A stretch of 64,000 nucleotides of DNA, from IMG/VR virus record IMGVR_UViG_3300035670_000166, one strand, 5' to 3'. This stretch comes from an uncultured virus (IMG/VR IMGVR_UViG_3300035670_000166) (Duplodnaviria > Heunggongvirae > Uroviricota > Caudoviricetes). Below the pieces are notes generated by a model, which did not search any database, was not told the origin of the DNA, and saw only the letters and a list, made by a program, of their open reading frames with translations. Every line of letters begins with the position of its first letter. Positions within the stretch are counted from its first letter, which is position 1. Positions 35,756 through 44,109 of the stretch are shown here, in pieces. The translations under genes were made by a program, and so were the position numbers.

Positions 35756-36047
35756 TCCATTCGTAGATCGCGTCTTCCCGGTGCGCTTCCCAGAAGCACT
35801 GAGCCCGGAACCACACGAGCCACTCCTCGGAACCCTTCGCCCGGTTGCACGTCGCGCAGGCCGCCACCAAGTTGCGCGGCACTGTGGGCCCGCCGCGACG
35901 TTTCGCCTTGATGTGATCCAGCGTGCCCGCTGGGGCTCCGCAGTACGCGCAGCAACCATCCCAGGAGCTCAAGATGCCCTGGCGGAATCGCAACTTCGCA
36001 AAGCGTTTCGAGCAGAGGAGGGACCCATCGATGTGATGGTCCAACAT
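35727..36047 (-). CDS. HNH endonuclease
   Basis: CAYCG....TLDHI..K..GG.....NLV.AC..CN..K. Confidence 0.85.
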   Translation of the reverse strand: MLDHHIDGSLLCSKRFAKLRFRQGILSSWDGCCAYCGAPAGTLDHIKAKRRGGPTVPRNLVAACATCNRAKGSEEWLVWFRAQCFWEAHREDAIYEWMGAARIELA

Positions 36048-36235
36048 GCGCCGGCCGGCCGCTGACCAAGCGTACCGAGGTCGGCCAAGCGAAGCATTGA
36101 AAAGGTTACCTTACGTATCTAACTAGCATCGATAACTTTAGTCTATACAAAAAGGCTCACTAACAAGTTTCTCTCGCAGTGTCGACGCTCAGCGATAATC
36201 TTTCTATATCAATCAGCCCTACGGCCACCGTGGAA

Positions 36236-38062
36236 ATGAATGCTGATAATTTCCGGAATGATGGTGCGTTAGTAAATGTACTGTCCGGCATGGGTCTAAC
36301 GACCAAGGACAAGACAGTTGCTACTTCTGTAGGCTCTAAACCCATTCTCAGCGAGGGCGAACTCGAAGCCCTCTACGTCCACGGCATCCCCAGACGCTAC
36401 GTCGATGCCATTTCCGATGAAATCCTGCGCCACAGGACCACGATCAAGCTTGGCGGTGACGAGCAGAAGAACGCCAACGACCTGATCGCCGACTTTGAGG
36501 AGTACCTCAAGGCCACCCAGTTCCACCACGCCTTTGCCGAGGTCGTCAAGCTTCAGCGCCTCTACGGCGGTGCCGGTCTGGTGCTTCTGATCGATGACGG
36601 TCTCCCTCCGGAGGAGCCCGTCGACCCCGCGCGGATACGCGCTGTCCGGGGCTATGTGCCCCTCTCCCGCTGGGAGCTGATTCCGGAAGACTTCTCGATC
36701 ACCGACTACACCAAGCCCTCGCACTACCGGATCACCACCGCGCAGCGCCTCACGCCTGAGCAGCAAGGGCAATATGTCAATGTGAGCATACACTCATCCC
36801 GCGTAGCGCGCTTCGACGGGCTGTACCTGCCCTGGAACGTCCGAGTGCGGAACACCGGGTGGGGCCTACCGGTGCTCCAACTCGTCTGGGAGGCGTACAA
36901 GCGCTACGAGACCGCGATGTCGGGCCTGGAGTCGATGACCACCGACTCGGACCTGTTCGTCCACAAGATCCCCGGTCTTTTCAACCGCATCGCTTCCGGC
37001 AACGAGAGCGATCTGCGCAAGCGCCTCGAGGCCAACAACCTCAGCCGCTCGGTCTACGGCGGCATGGTCGTCGACACCGAAGAGGAACTGAGTTTCCTCA
37101 ACCGCGCACTCAGCAACATCGCCTCGGCGACCGATCCCTTCGTAAAGGATCTCCAAGCAGCGACCGGTTGGCCTGCCTCGATCCTCATGGGCGACTCCCC
37201 CGGGGGCCTGGGCAAAGAGGGACGCTTCGAAGAGCGCGTCTGGGCAACCCTTGTCGAGCAGTGGCAGGAGCTCTACTGCCGAACGGCGGTGACCGAAGTC
37301 TTCACTTACATCCTCGCCTCGCGCGAAGGACCAACCCGAGGGCGGCCCCCTCAGAAGTGGAGCGTCGAGTTCCCGAGCGTTTTCACCGAGACAGCAAGTG
37401 AAAAAGCAGATTTAAGAGCAAAGATGGCCTCCGTTGATTCGCAGTACGTAAACATGGGCGTTCTAAATCCTATTGAAATACGCGAAGCCCGCTTTGGAGG
37501 GACGGAGTACAACATAGAGACCACACTAGACGAAGAGTTCAGCGAACAAATGCGGGTAAAAGCTGAATCAGACTTCCAGATGCAAATGATGAATATGGAG
37601 GCCCAGGCTCAGGCCATGGCTTCCAGGCCTCAAGAGCCGGGAGCTCCCTTGGAGGAGACTGCACCGCCTGAAGGGGAGGCTCCGATTCTTCCAGAGGGCC
37701 AGCAGAACCTTGATGCGCTTGACACCTACCAGGCGCATGGATACCGAATCCGCGTCACCGGTGAACGTGAGGGCAACAGGATCGGCCACTTGATTGCACC
37801 CGACGGGCAGCGAATTGATACCACAGAGAATGCATCGCTATTTGTTGTAGGCCCACATCGCTCTTACGGACGCAAGCTGTATCGCGCACGCTTTGACCGT
37901 CAGGGAGAACTGATCGCCGGTCCTTACGCCATCGGATTTCGCAGCGTGAAAGCCGCACAACGTGCAATCGCATCCTTTTACCCGCGGCAGACTGTGGCAG
38001 GGCTCTCCCCTGTATCCGAGGGCGAAGCAGAAGCCCTCCGTGCCGGTTGGGAGCAGTACTAA
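36236..38062 (+). CDS. Portal protein (DUF1073-like) with C-terminal extension
   Basis: Follows TerL; RLYGGA...I.DG, IH.SRV..F.G, WG.PVLQ, P.SIL.G.SPGG, F.....E...EKA; start ATG 36236 or GTG 36230. Confidence 0.85.
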   Translation: MNADNFRNDGALVNVLSGMGLTTKDKTVATSVGSKPILSEGELEALYVHGIPRRYVDAISDEILRHRTTIKLGGDEQKNANDLIADFEEYLKATQFHHAFAEVVKLQRLYGGAGLVLLIDDGLPPEEPVDPARIRAVRGYVPLSRWELIPEDFSITDYTKPSHYRITTAQRLTPEQQGQYVNVSIHSSRVARFDGLYLPWNVRVRNTGWGLPVLQLVWEAYKRYETAMSGLESMTTDSDLFVHKIPGLFNRIASGNESDLRKRLEANNLSRSVYGGMVVDTEEELSFLNRALSNIASATDPFVKDLQAATGWPASILMGDSPGGLGKEGRFEERVWATLVEQWQELYCRTAVTEVFTYILASREGPTRGRPPQKWSVEFPSVFTETASEKADLRAKMASVDSQYVNMGVLNPIEIREARFGGTEYNIETTLDEEFSEQMRVKAESDFQMQMMNMEAQAQAMASRPQEPGAPLEETAPPEGEAPILPEGQQNLDALDTYQAHGYRIRVTGEREGNRIGHLIAPDGQRIDTTENASLFVVGPHRSYGRKLYRARFDRQGELIAGPYAIGFRSVKAAQRAIASFYPRQTVAGLSPVSEGEAEALRAGWEQY

Positions 38063-40944
38063 TGAGCAATCCTTCTCTCGAGACCGTCCGCACCGCGGCC
38101 TACCTCGCTGCTCGTGAGCGACTGGATTTTCGCGGTGGCAAAACTCGTCGAGCGGTTCAATGCACACCGCCGAATGTCCAGTGCGGAGGCCGTTGTATCC
38201 CACCGGACTGGGATTGCCGCCTGAAGGGCCAAGGCGCTGATCCACACCTCCGCGCCGTCAAAACCGATCCACTGGGAGGACTGGCCAACATCCAGCGAGG
38301 CTTAGCACGTATCACGAAGGGCCTACCTAAAGGCAACTTCTCTGAAATTGAAGGAGGCAAACGAGCTATTATTCGTGGAGCCGTAAAAGTAGCTCCAGGC
38401 AACATTCAACAAAAGAAAGAGCTGCAAGCAAACCTAGAAGAAAAATCTAGACTTATTGGTATAAGCCTCGCCGTAGTAGGAGGAGCTTTAGGTGCACACG
38501 CCATTCTCATGCGCACCAATAGCTACAAGTATGGGGTTGGCAAGCGTATTAACGAAGCTGCGCGTGATGGCGTCAGTGCTGTACTCGACGTTATTCCTGG
38601 TCTAGGCCAGCAGCGTCGTACAACCCGCACAGCAGCCACATCCCGGGTGACCGCTACAGGCGCCAGAGAGCGAGCGTTCGCTGAAGAAGCCGACCTATCA
38701 CCCCGAGAGCGTGTACTGAGCACCCCCATCGAAGACCGATGGATGAAAGGGAGTTTTAAACTAAAAGCTGATTTAGACAAAGTGGATAACGCAGTATGGT
38801 CTCCTCAAGCAGGAAGTGAGCCTCTCAGCTTTTATGACTGGAACCAACAACATCGCGGAGCGTTTTGGAAAGCAGCGACAGTAGAAGGAACAGGTGAAAA
38901 AGCCGTTAGGAGAAGTATATATGCTGAACCTTCCGCACAGAAGTTCTTAGCACAGCAATGGGGATTGAGCGGACGTGATTTAGAGTCCCCTACGTTTATA
39001 AAAGACCGCATCGAAGCCTCGATAAGCCGCGAGCGAAGTGACTACGTGCAACTCGCGCAGCAGCAAGGCTTCAAAATGCGCACTGTTAGAGGTGAGCTAG
39101 ATATCGACCCGAGCGCTTATGCAGGCTTTAGACGTCGTTTAACAGACGGCATAGTGGACGATGCAGTACGCAAGAGCACGTCTGAGCACATAGAGGGTGT
39201 GCTGACAAGCACCCCAAAATCTTATGCATCTAAGATCTACAAGAAAACCGTAGACTTTTATGACACAGAATTCAAAGAAATTGGCAGGATCTTAGACGAG
39301 ACAGCCGGAGCTAGCTTAATCGACCCTGTCTTTAAGGCCAAGGGCTACAGCGAATTCATGGGCGATGCAGACGCTATTCGAGTGCAAACAATGATGCGCA
39401 CCGGCAACGCTGCCATCAAAACAAGCCGAGGCAAAGGCCACGAAGAACTGTATCTGCTTGCACACTATCACACACAAGGTTTTAAAAGGAAAACAAGCTC
39501 TTTTATCGTTCCAGATCGAGTTGCTCGAGCAGCGGCAGAAGAGATCAGTGGTACCCGTGTGCGATCAACTGAAGAAGCATTTGTCATTCTTCAAGCCACA
39601 CAAGACTTCAGAGGTGCGTCTTCAGGTATTCAAGCCGCACCCAGGACAGCACGTAGCTCTCAACCGAGGGCGGCTTCCGGAGAGAGCAGCACTCCCCGCC
39701 CCGCTCGTCGTCGCTCCGCAGCGCAAGCAATCGCCTCCATGATGAGGCAGAAAAATCCAGATGGTTCGCCTCGCTACGCCACAAGAGAGGCCGCTCAGGC
39801 CGCATACGAGCGCATGCAGACCAAGAACGATGAAAGAGAGAATGCAGAAACAAGCCAACACTTACCACTGCGTGTTCGGGCATATCTCGAGACACAAGAT
39901 CGTCTCGACAAGCGCTGCGGCAAATCGGGTATTGCTGAAAACAAGAAGTGCAGCAAGCCGACTCCAGCGCAATCACGCGAAGCTGCCCAACGTACCAAAG
40001 GAGCAGCCGAGCCCGGCGTCACCTGCGCACCTGGGACACAGCAGTGCGGCAAGATCTGCATTCCACAATCAGCGACGTGTCACATCAAAGCCGGGGGCGG
40101 CGATCTAAAGAGCAACTTGGCTAAGGGAGCGCTTGCTGCTGGAGCTGTAGCTGGAGTTGCCTTAGCTGGCCGTGCCACGTACAAAAATCGTCGAAGCATC
40201 ACTGCTTACACGGGTGGTGCTCGTTACATGGACCAGGCCATCAAGCGAATGTCTGAACAAGATGTTCGTCAGGGCCTTAGCAAGCTCCCGAAACAATGGC
40301 AGCAACCAGCTAGCAAGTTGGTAGGCAAAGCCAAAGTAGGCTTGGCACGTGTCTCCGCAGACATGCAAGGCATGGAAGTCCGCAGTATCGATAATGACAA
40401 CAACTTCAGTACTCTTGTCAATCCCAAGACGGGTCACGTACTGAGCATCGGTTCTGTCGATGACACCCTCGTGACCTTTGTATCCGAGCGAAAGGGAGCA
40501 GCTGGTCAATTCCCTAAGTACGGAGTCGCCTTCCAGACTGATCTCAGCTTCTCTCAGAAAGCAGACGTATCCAAAGCGCAGTCCCTCGCTGTATCGAAGC
40601 AAGTCAAGACAATGTTCGATGACCAGCTAGCTCAACTACCTGAGAATGCTGTTCTCTTCAACAAGCCATTCAAAGACGATGGACTTGGTAAAAAGCGTGC
40701 TTCTATCTACAAACGCTTCAAATTCCGTGAGCTAAACGGGCTTCGTGGCGGGGAAATGTACGCTCTCAAAAATCAGGGCAAGCTAACTGCAATCCCTGAA
40801 GCACAGGAGGACTACATCGCTTCCCTGATTCGCGGTGGTGACACCCAATCGGCGGCCGAACGTTTCCGTCGCTCCCGCGGTGACGCTCTCGATGCCGTGC
40901 GCTCCGCAACCTACCTCCTCATGAGCGAGAAGCTCACTGCATGA
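38062..40944 (+). CDS. Large modular head-region polyprotein (Cys motif / hydrophobic helix / cargo cassettes)
   Basis: 960 aa; RLD-preceded Cys motifs near 38119 and 39901; CxPxxxQCGxxCIP motifs at 38161 and 40024; two Gly-rich hydrophobic helices. Confidence 0.75.
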   Translation: MSNPSLETVRTAAYLAARERLDFRGGKTRRAVQCTPPNVQCGGRCIPPDWDCRLKGQGADPHLRAVKTDPLGGLANIQRGLARITKGLPKGNFSEIEGGKRAIIRGAVKVAPGNIQQKKELQANLEEKSRLIGISLAVVGGALGAHAILMRTNSYKYGVGKRINEAARDGVSAVLDVIPGLGQQRRTTRTAATSRVTATGARERAFAEEADLSPRERVLSTPIEDRWMKGSFKLKADLDKVDNAVWSPQAGSEPLSFYDWNQQHRGAFWKAATVEGTGEKAVRRSIYAEPSAQKFLAQQWGLSGRDLESPTFIKDRIEASISRERSDYVQLAQQQGFKMRTVRGELDIDPSAYAGFRRRLTDGIVDDAVRKSTSEHIEGVLTSTPKSYASKIYKKTVDFYDTEFKEIGRILDETAGASLIDPVFKAKGYSEFMGDADAIRVQTMMRTGNAAIKTSRGKGHEELYLLAHYHTQGFKRKTSSFIVPDRVARAAAEEISGTRVRSTEEAFVILQATQDFRGASSGIQAAPRTARSSQPRAASGESSTPRPARRRSAAQAIASMMRQKNPDGSPRYATREAAQAAYERMQTKNDERENAETSQHLPLRVRAYLETQDRLDKRCGKSGIAENKKCSKPTPAQSREAAQRTKGAAEPGVTCAPGTQQCGKICIPQSATCHIKAGGGDLKSNLAKGALAAGAVAGVALAGRATYKNRRSITAYTGGARYMDQAIKRMSEQDVRQGLSKLPKQWQQPASKLVGKAKVGLARVSADMQGMEVRSIDNDNNFSTLVNPKTGHVLSIGSVDDTLVTFVSERKGAAGQFPKYGVAFQTDLSFSQKADVSKAQSLAVSKQVKTMFDDQLAQLPENAVLFNKPFKDDGLGKKRASIYKRFKFRELNGLRGGEMYALKNQGKLTAIPEAQEDYIASLIRGGDTQSAAERFRRSRGDALDAVRSATYLLMSEKLTA

Positions 40945-41813
40945 AGCTGGTCGAGAGGTACAACGAGCTCCTCCGCACTCTCGAGGACGACACCGTCCTC
41001 ATGCTGGACCGCATCCTCGATGCAGGTTTTAACCGCCTGGTGCGCCGAACTCGGATTCACATGAAGGCGGGCTACACCGACCCCGCCCAGCGCAACCTCG
41101 CTCTACTACAGGAGTTCCGGCAGCTCGTCCCGGTCTTCCGAGCGGATCGTATCGATGCGTATGACCGGATCCTCCGTCTCCTACTGCAAACCGCTGCTCG
41201 CTATGGAGTCACCGTGGCAACCGAGCTCGGTGATCAGGCCAAGCCCGGCCCCCGCGTCGACGTTTCGATCCCTCTCGAAGCAACCGCGGCCGCTGCGGCT
41301 CAAGCCAAGGGCTACCTCCGCAAACACGGCGAGCGCTTTGCGGCCACATCGGCCGCGACGATCGCCCAGGGCGTAGCCGAAGGCCGCCCAACCGACGCCA
41401 TGGTCCAGGACCTGCGCTCCCGCCTCGGGGTGGTGAAGTCCCGCGCTGAAGCGATTGTGCGCACCGAATCACTTCGTGCATACAACGACGCTTCTAATAC
41501 GTACTACGCGGCACAAGGCATCGAACTTGTTATGTATTACGCCACCGCTGATGACCGCGCCTGCCCAATCTGCGCCCCGAGAGCGGGCAACATCTACCGT
41601 AGGCAAGATATTCGTGTCCCTTTACACCCTAGATGCCGTTGTTACCTCGCACCTTGGGACGCTGACATCGCTTCCATGGACCAAAATTATGCCGATATGC
41701 GAAAAGCGCATAAAAAAGAGGTCGAACAGGCAGTTCAACGCCTAGGCGCCGCACCTGTTTCCCTCAACAAGGCCGCGGTCTTCGAACAGATCGCACCTGT
41801 TCCGGTGTCCTAG
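40941..41813 (+). CDS. Minor head morphogenesis protein (MuF / SPP1 gp7-like)
   Basis: RAEAIVRTE..RAYN, D.RACPIC, P.HPRCRC. Confidence 0.9.
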   Translation: MKLVERYNELLRTLEDDTVLMLDRILDAGFNRLVRRTRIHMKAGYTDPAQRNLALLQEFRQLVPVFRADRIDAYDRILRLLLQTAARYGVTVATELGDQAKPGPRVDVSIPLEATAAAAAQAKGYLRKHGERFAATSAATIAQGVAEGRPTDAMVQDLRSRLGVVKSRAEAIVRTESLRAYNDASNTYYAAQGIELVMYYATADDRACPICAPRAGNIYRRQDIRVPLHPRCRCYLAPWDADIASMDQNYADMRKAHKKEVEQAVQRLGAAPVSLNKAAVFEQIAPVPVS

Positions 41814-41870
41814 CCAGGAACAGGTTCTTACACTGGCCTATCACAAACCGGGCGGACGCGCCCCCTAGTC

Positions 41871-42689
41871 ATGGCCGCTTCCACCACTAAGAAGCCCACC
41901 GCCTACCGCGAAGGCCGCGCCGATAAGAGCAAGAAGCCCTCGATCGAGATCGAGATCAAGCCCGAGGGCGAAGAAATGGACGCCTCTAAGCCCCACTCCC
42001 GCAAGCGCAGCGCCAAGGGCGCCAAGCACACCAAAGCCCCCATGGACGGTGGCATGTACGGCAAAAAGCCGATGGACGGGGAAGGCTGCAACTGCGGTAA
42101 GCGCAAAGCCAAGTGCGACGGAAACTGCGGCAAGAAGATGGACCGCAACGACGCCCTCACCCCTCAGGAGTACCTGGCCGCCTGCGAGCTCGGCATCCAG
42201 GGCCGCGCCCGCTCTTACATCCGCGCCCGCCTCGACGCTGAAGAGCGCCTCGATCTGAAGTGCGGCAAAGGCTCCATCAGCCAAGGTGAGAAATGCACCA
42301 AAGGAGCAGCGACAAAGGCACAAGGCCCCAGTGCAGCGGTAAAAGTTGGGCAAGCTGCAAAAGCTGTAGGCCTGGGGGTGCTCGAGACCGGTAAGTGGGT
42401 CTCCGGCTACAACATCGGCAAGACCATTGCCTCGGGTGTTACCCAAGGGAAAAACGAAAAGGGATCAGGGGGTGCCAAAGCGGGCTCCATCATCGGTTCC
42501 GCTCTTCTCCTTAACCCAATCGCAGGTATCGGTGCGGCTCGCCGCGTAGGTGCTTTTGGTTCCACCGACCTCCAGCAGCACGCTCAGAACGAGAAGAAGG
42601 AAAAAGCCTGGCGTAAGAGCGTCGGTTATCGCGATGGAGGAACCTATGCCAAAGGTTTCAAAGTCGACTATGCACAGCTGGGGCTTTGA
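41871..42689 (+). CDS. Modular head-region protein (Lys/Cys-rich N-terminus plus one cassette)
   Basis: RLD-LKCGKGSISQGEKCTKG motif, Gly-rich helices, C-terminal YAKGFKVD tag. Confidence 0.75.
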   Translation: MAASTTKKPTAYREGRADKSKKPSIEIEIKPEGEEMDASKPHSRKRSAKGAKHTKAPMDGGMYGKKPMDGEGCNCGKRKAKCDGNCGKKMDRNDALTPQEYLAACELGIQGRARSYIRARLDAEERLDLKCGKGSISQGEKCTKGAATKAQGPSAAVKVGQAAKAVGLGVLETGKWVSGYNIGKTIASGVTQGKNEKGSGGAKAGSIIGSALLLNPIAGIGAARRVGAFGSTDLQQHAQNEKKEKAWRKSVGYRDGGTYAKGFKVDYAQLGL

Positions 42690-44109
42690 ACATGACTCTC
42701 ACCCCGAGCACGGTCCGTTGCGACCTAAGATGTGGTAAAGGCGCCATCTCCAAAGGCGAAAAATGTACTAAGGGCGCTGCTCAAGAAGTTATTGAAAAAG
42801 CCGCACCTATAGCTCTCGGCTTGGGGCTGGCTGCAGGTGCTATCGCGCTGCATCGTCGGGGTAAAAGACCTCGTATCGGGGATGGACGGACTGTGCCAAA
42901 CATTCCCAAGACTCCTCCTAAGCCTGGAAAGGTTTCCAGCCCGGCGAGCAAAGCTCAAGCCGAGGCAATGACGACCCGTGTAACCGAGCGCGTTAAACAG
43001 CGTGTGCGTGAAAACCCGCAGAAAATAGCCTACGAAATGCAAGCGGAAGAGATTAAAAGCGCAGCGATGAGAGATGTGGTGCGTAGCAAGAAGTTCCAAG
43101 ATGCGTTTAAGCGCAGAGCCATGACTATGGAAGAGCTAGCTGAACTAGCTCGCGATCCTGATGCTTTCGATAAATGGATGAAGCGCACAGACTCCGCACT
43201 AACCCCGAGCACGATCCGCTCAGACCTCAAATGTGGTAAAGGCGCCATCTCCAAAGGCGAAAAATGCACTAAAGGCCCTGCAACTCCAGCTAAGTCAAAC
43301 AACACCATCCGCAACATCGCCCTCGGTGTAGGCGGCGCCGCTGTTCTTGGAGGCATTGCTTTAGGGGTCAGCAAATATCGTTCGACGCAACGTATTACCA
43401 ATAAGCCTCTAGGTAAAGATACCTCTCCGGAACAGGGTATCTCTCAGGGAAAAGCAGCTTTCAAAGAAGCACGTGGAGTAGCACTCGGTGCAGAGATCGC
43501 CGGAGCTGGCTTAGGGATCGTAGGCGCCGGTCTGGTGGCGAACGAGTACGCCAAAGAGCCCAAGAAGAGGCAGGCCGGAAGCATTATGGCTGGTGGCACT
43601 CTTATGTATCTAGGTACTGGCACCTTTATGTCGGGTCGCCAGATGCGCACTCAGCTTGCTACCACTGAAGCCGAGTGGACCATGGGCGCAGAAGACTACA
43701 AGCGTCAGTGGTATTCAGCTCGAGAGCAAGCGCAGCAACGCGCAAAGCAAAACGCAGCCTCAGGCAGCCAGGGCAGTCGCAACGTAGGTAGCAACAAAGC
43801 TGTAGCGAACCCATTCAAAGACCTCGGCATGTCCGAGGGCGCGTCAGACGCAGACATAAAGAAGAAATGGCTCCAGCTAATGCGAGAAAACCACCCCGAC
43901 GTCGGTGGTGACCCCCGCAAAGCCCAGCAGATCAACGCCGCCTACCAAGAGATCCTGCGACGCCGCGGCAAGCTCGACTCCATCTACGCCGACGGCTTCC
44001 ATATCGACTGGGAGGCCATTGCGCTGTGACCCTCACTCCGAGCACGATACGAAGCGACCTCAAGTGCGGCAAAGGCGCCATCTCCCAAGGGGAGAAGTGC
44101 ACCAAAGGG
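42246..44109 (+). repeat. Four dispersed direct repeats (60-84 nt) encoding (TLTPSTxRxD)LKCGKGAISxGEKCTKG
   Basis: Copies at 42246-42305, 42692-42775, 43199-43276 and 44026-44109; ATGTGGTAAAGGCGCCATCTCCAAAGGCGAAAAATG is identical in copies 2 and 3. Confidence 0.9.
42692..44029 (+). CDS. Two-cassette modular protein with C-terminal membrane-anchored J-domain
   Basis: Two Cys motifs, four hydrophobic segments, NPFKDLG...IKKKW..L.RENHPDVGG......INAAYQEI J-domain, C-terminal YADGFHID tag. Confidence 0.8.
   Translation: MTLTPSTVRCDLRCGKGAISKGEKCTKGAAQEVIEKAAPIALGLGLAAGAIALHRRGKRPRIGDGRTVPNIPKTPPKPGKVSSPASKAQAEAMTTRVTERVKQRVRENPQKIAYEMQAEEIKSAAMRDVVRSKKFQDAFKRRAMTMEELAELARDPDAFDKWMKRTDSALTPSTIRSDLKCGKGAISKGEKCTKGPATPAKSNNTIRNIALGVGGAAVLGGIALGVSKYRSTQRITNKPLGKDTSPEQGISQGKAAFKEARGVALGAEIAGAGLGIVGAGLVANEYAKEPKKRQAGSIMAGGTLMYLGTGTFMSGRQMRTQLATTEAEWTMGAEDYKRQWYSAREQAQQRAKQNAASGSQGSRNVGSNKAVANPFKDLGMSEGASDADIKKKWLQLMRENHPDVGGDPRKAQQINAAYQEILRRRGKLDSIYADGFHIDWEAIAL

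Noticed and set aside
42246..44109. CRISPR-like array interpretation of the dispersed repeats
   Set aside because: Repeats are in-frame coding, vary at synonymous positions and are 440-830 nt apart; no cas operon
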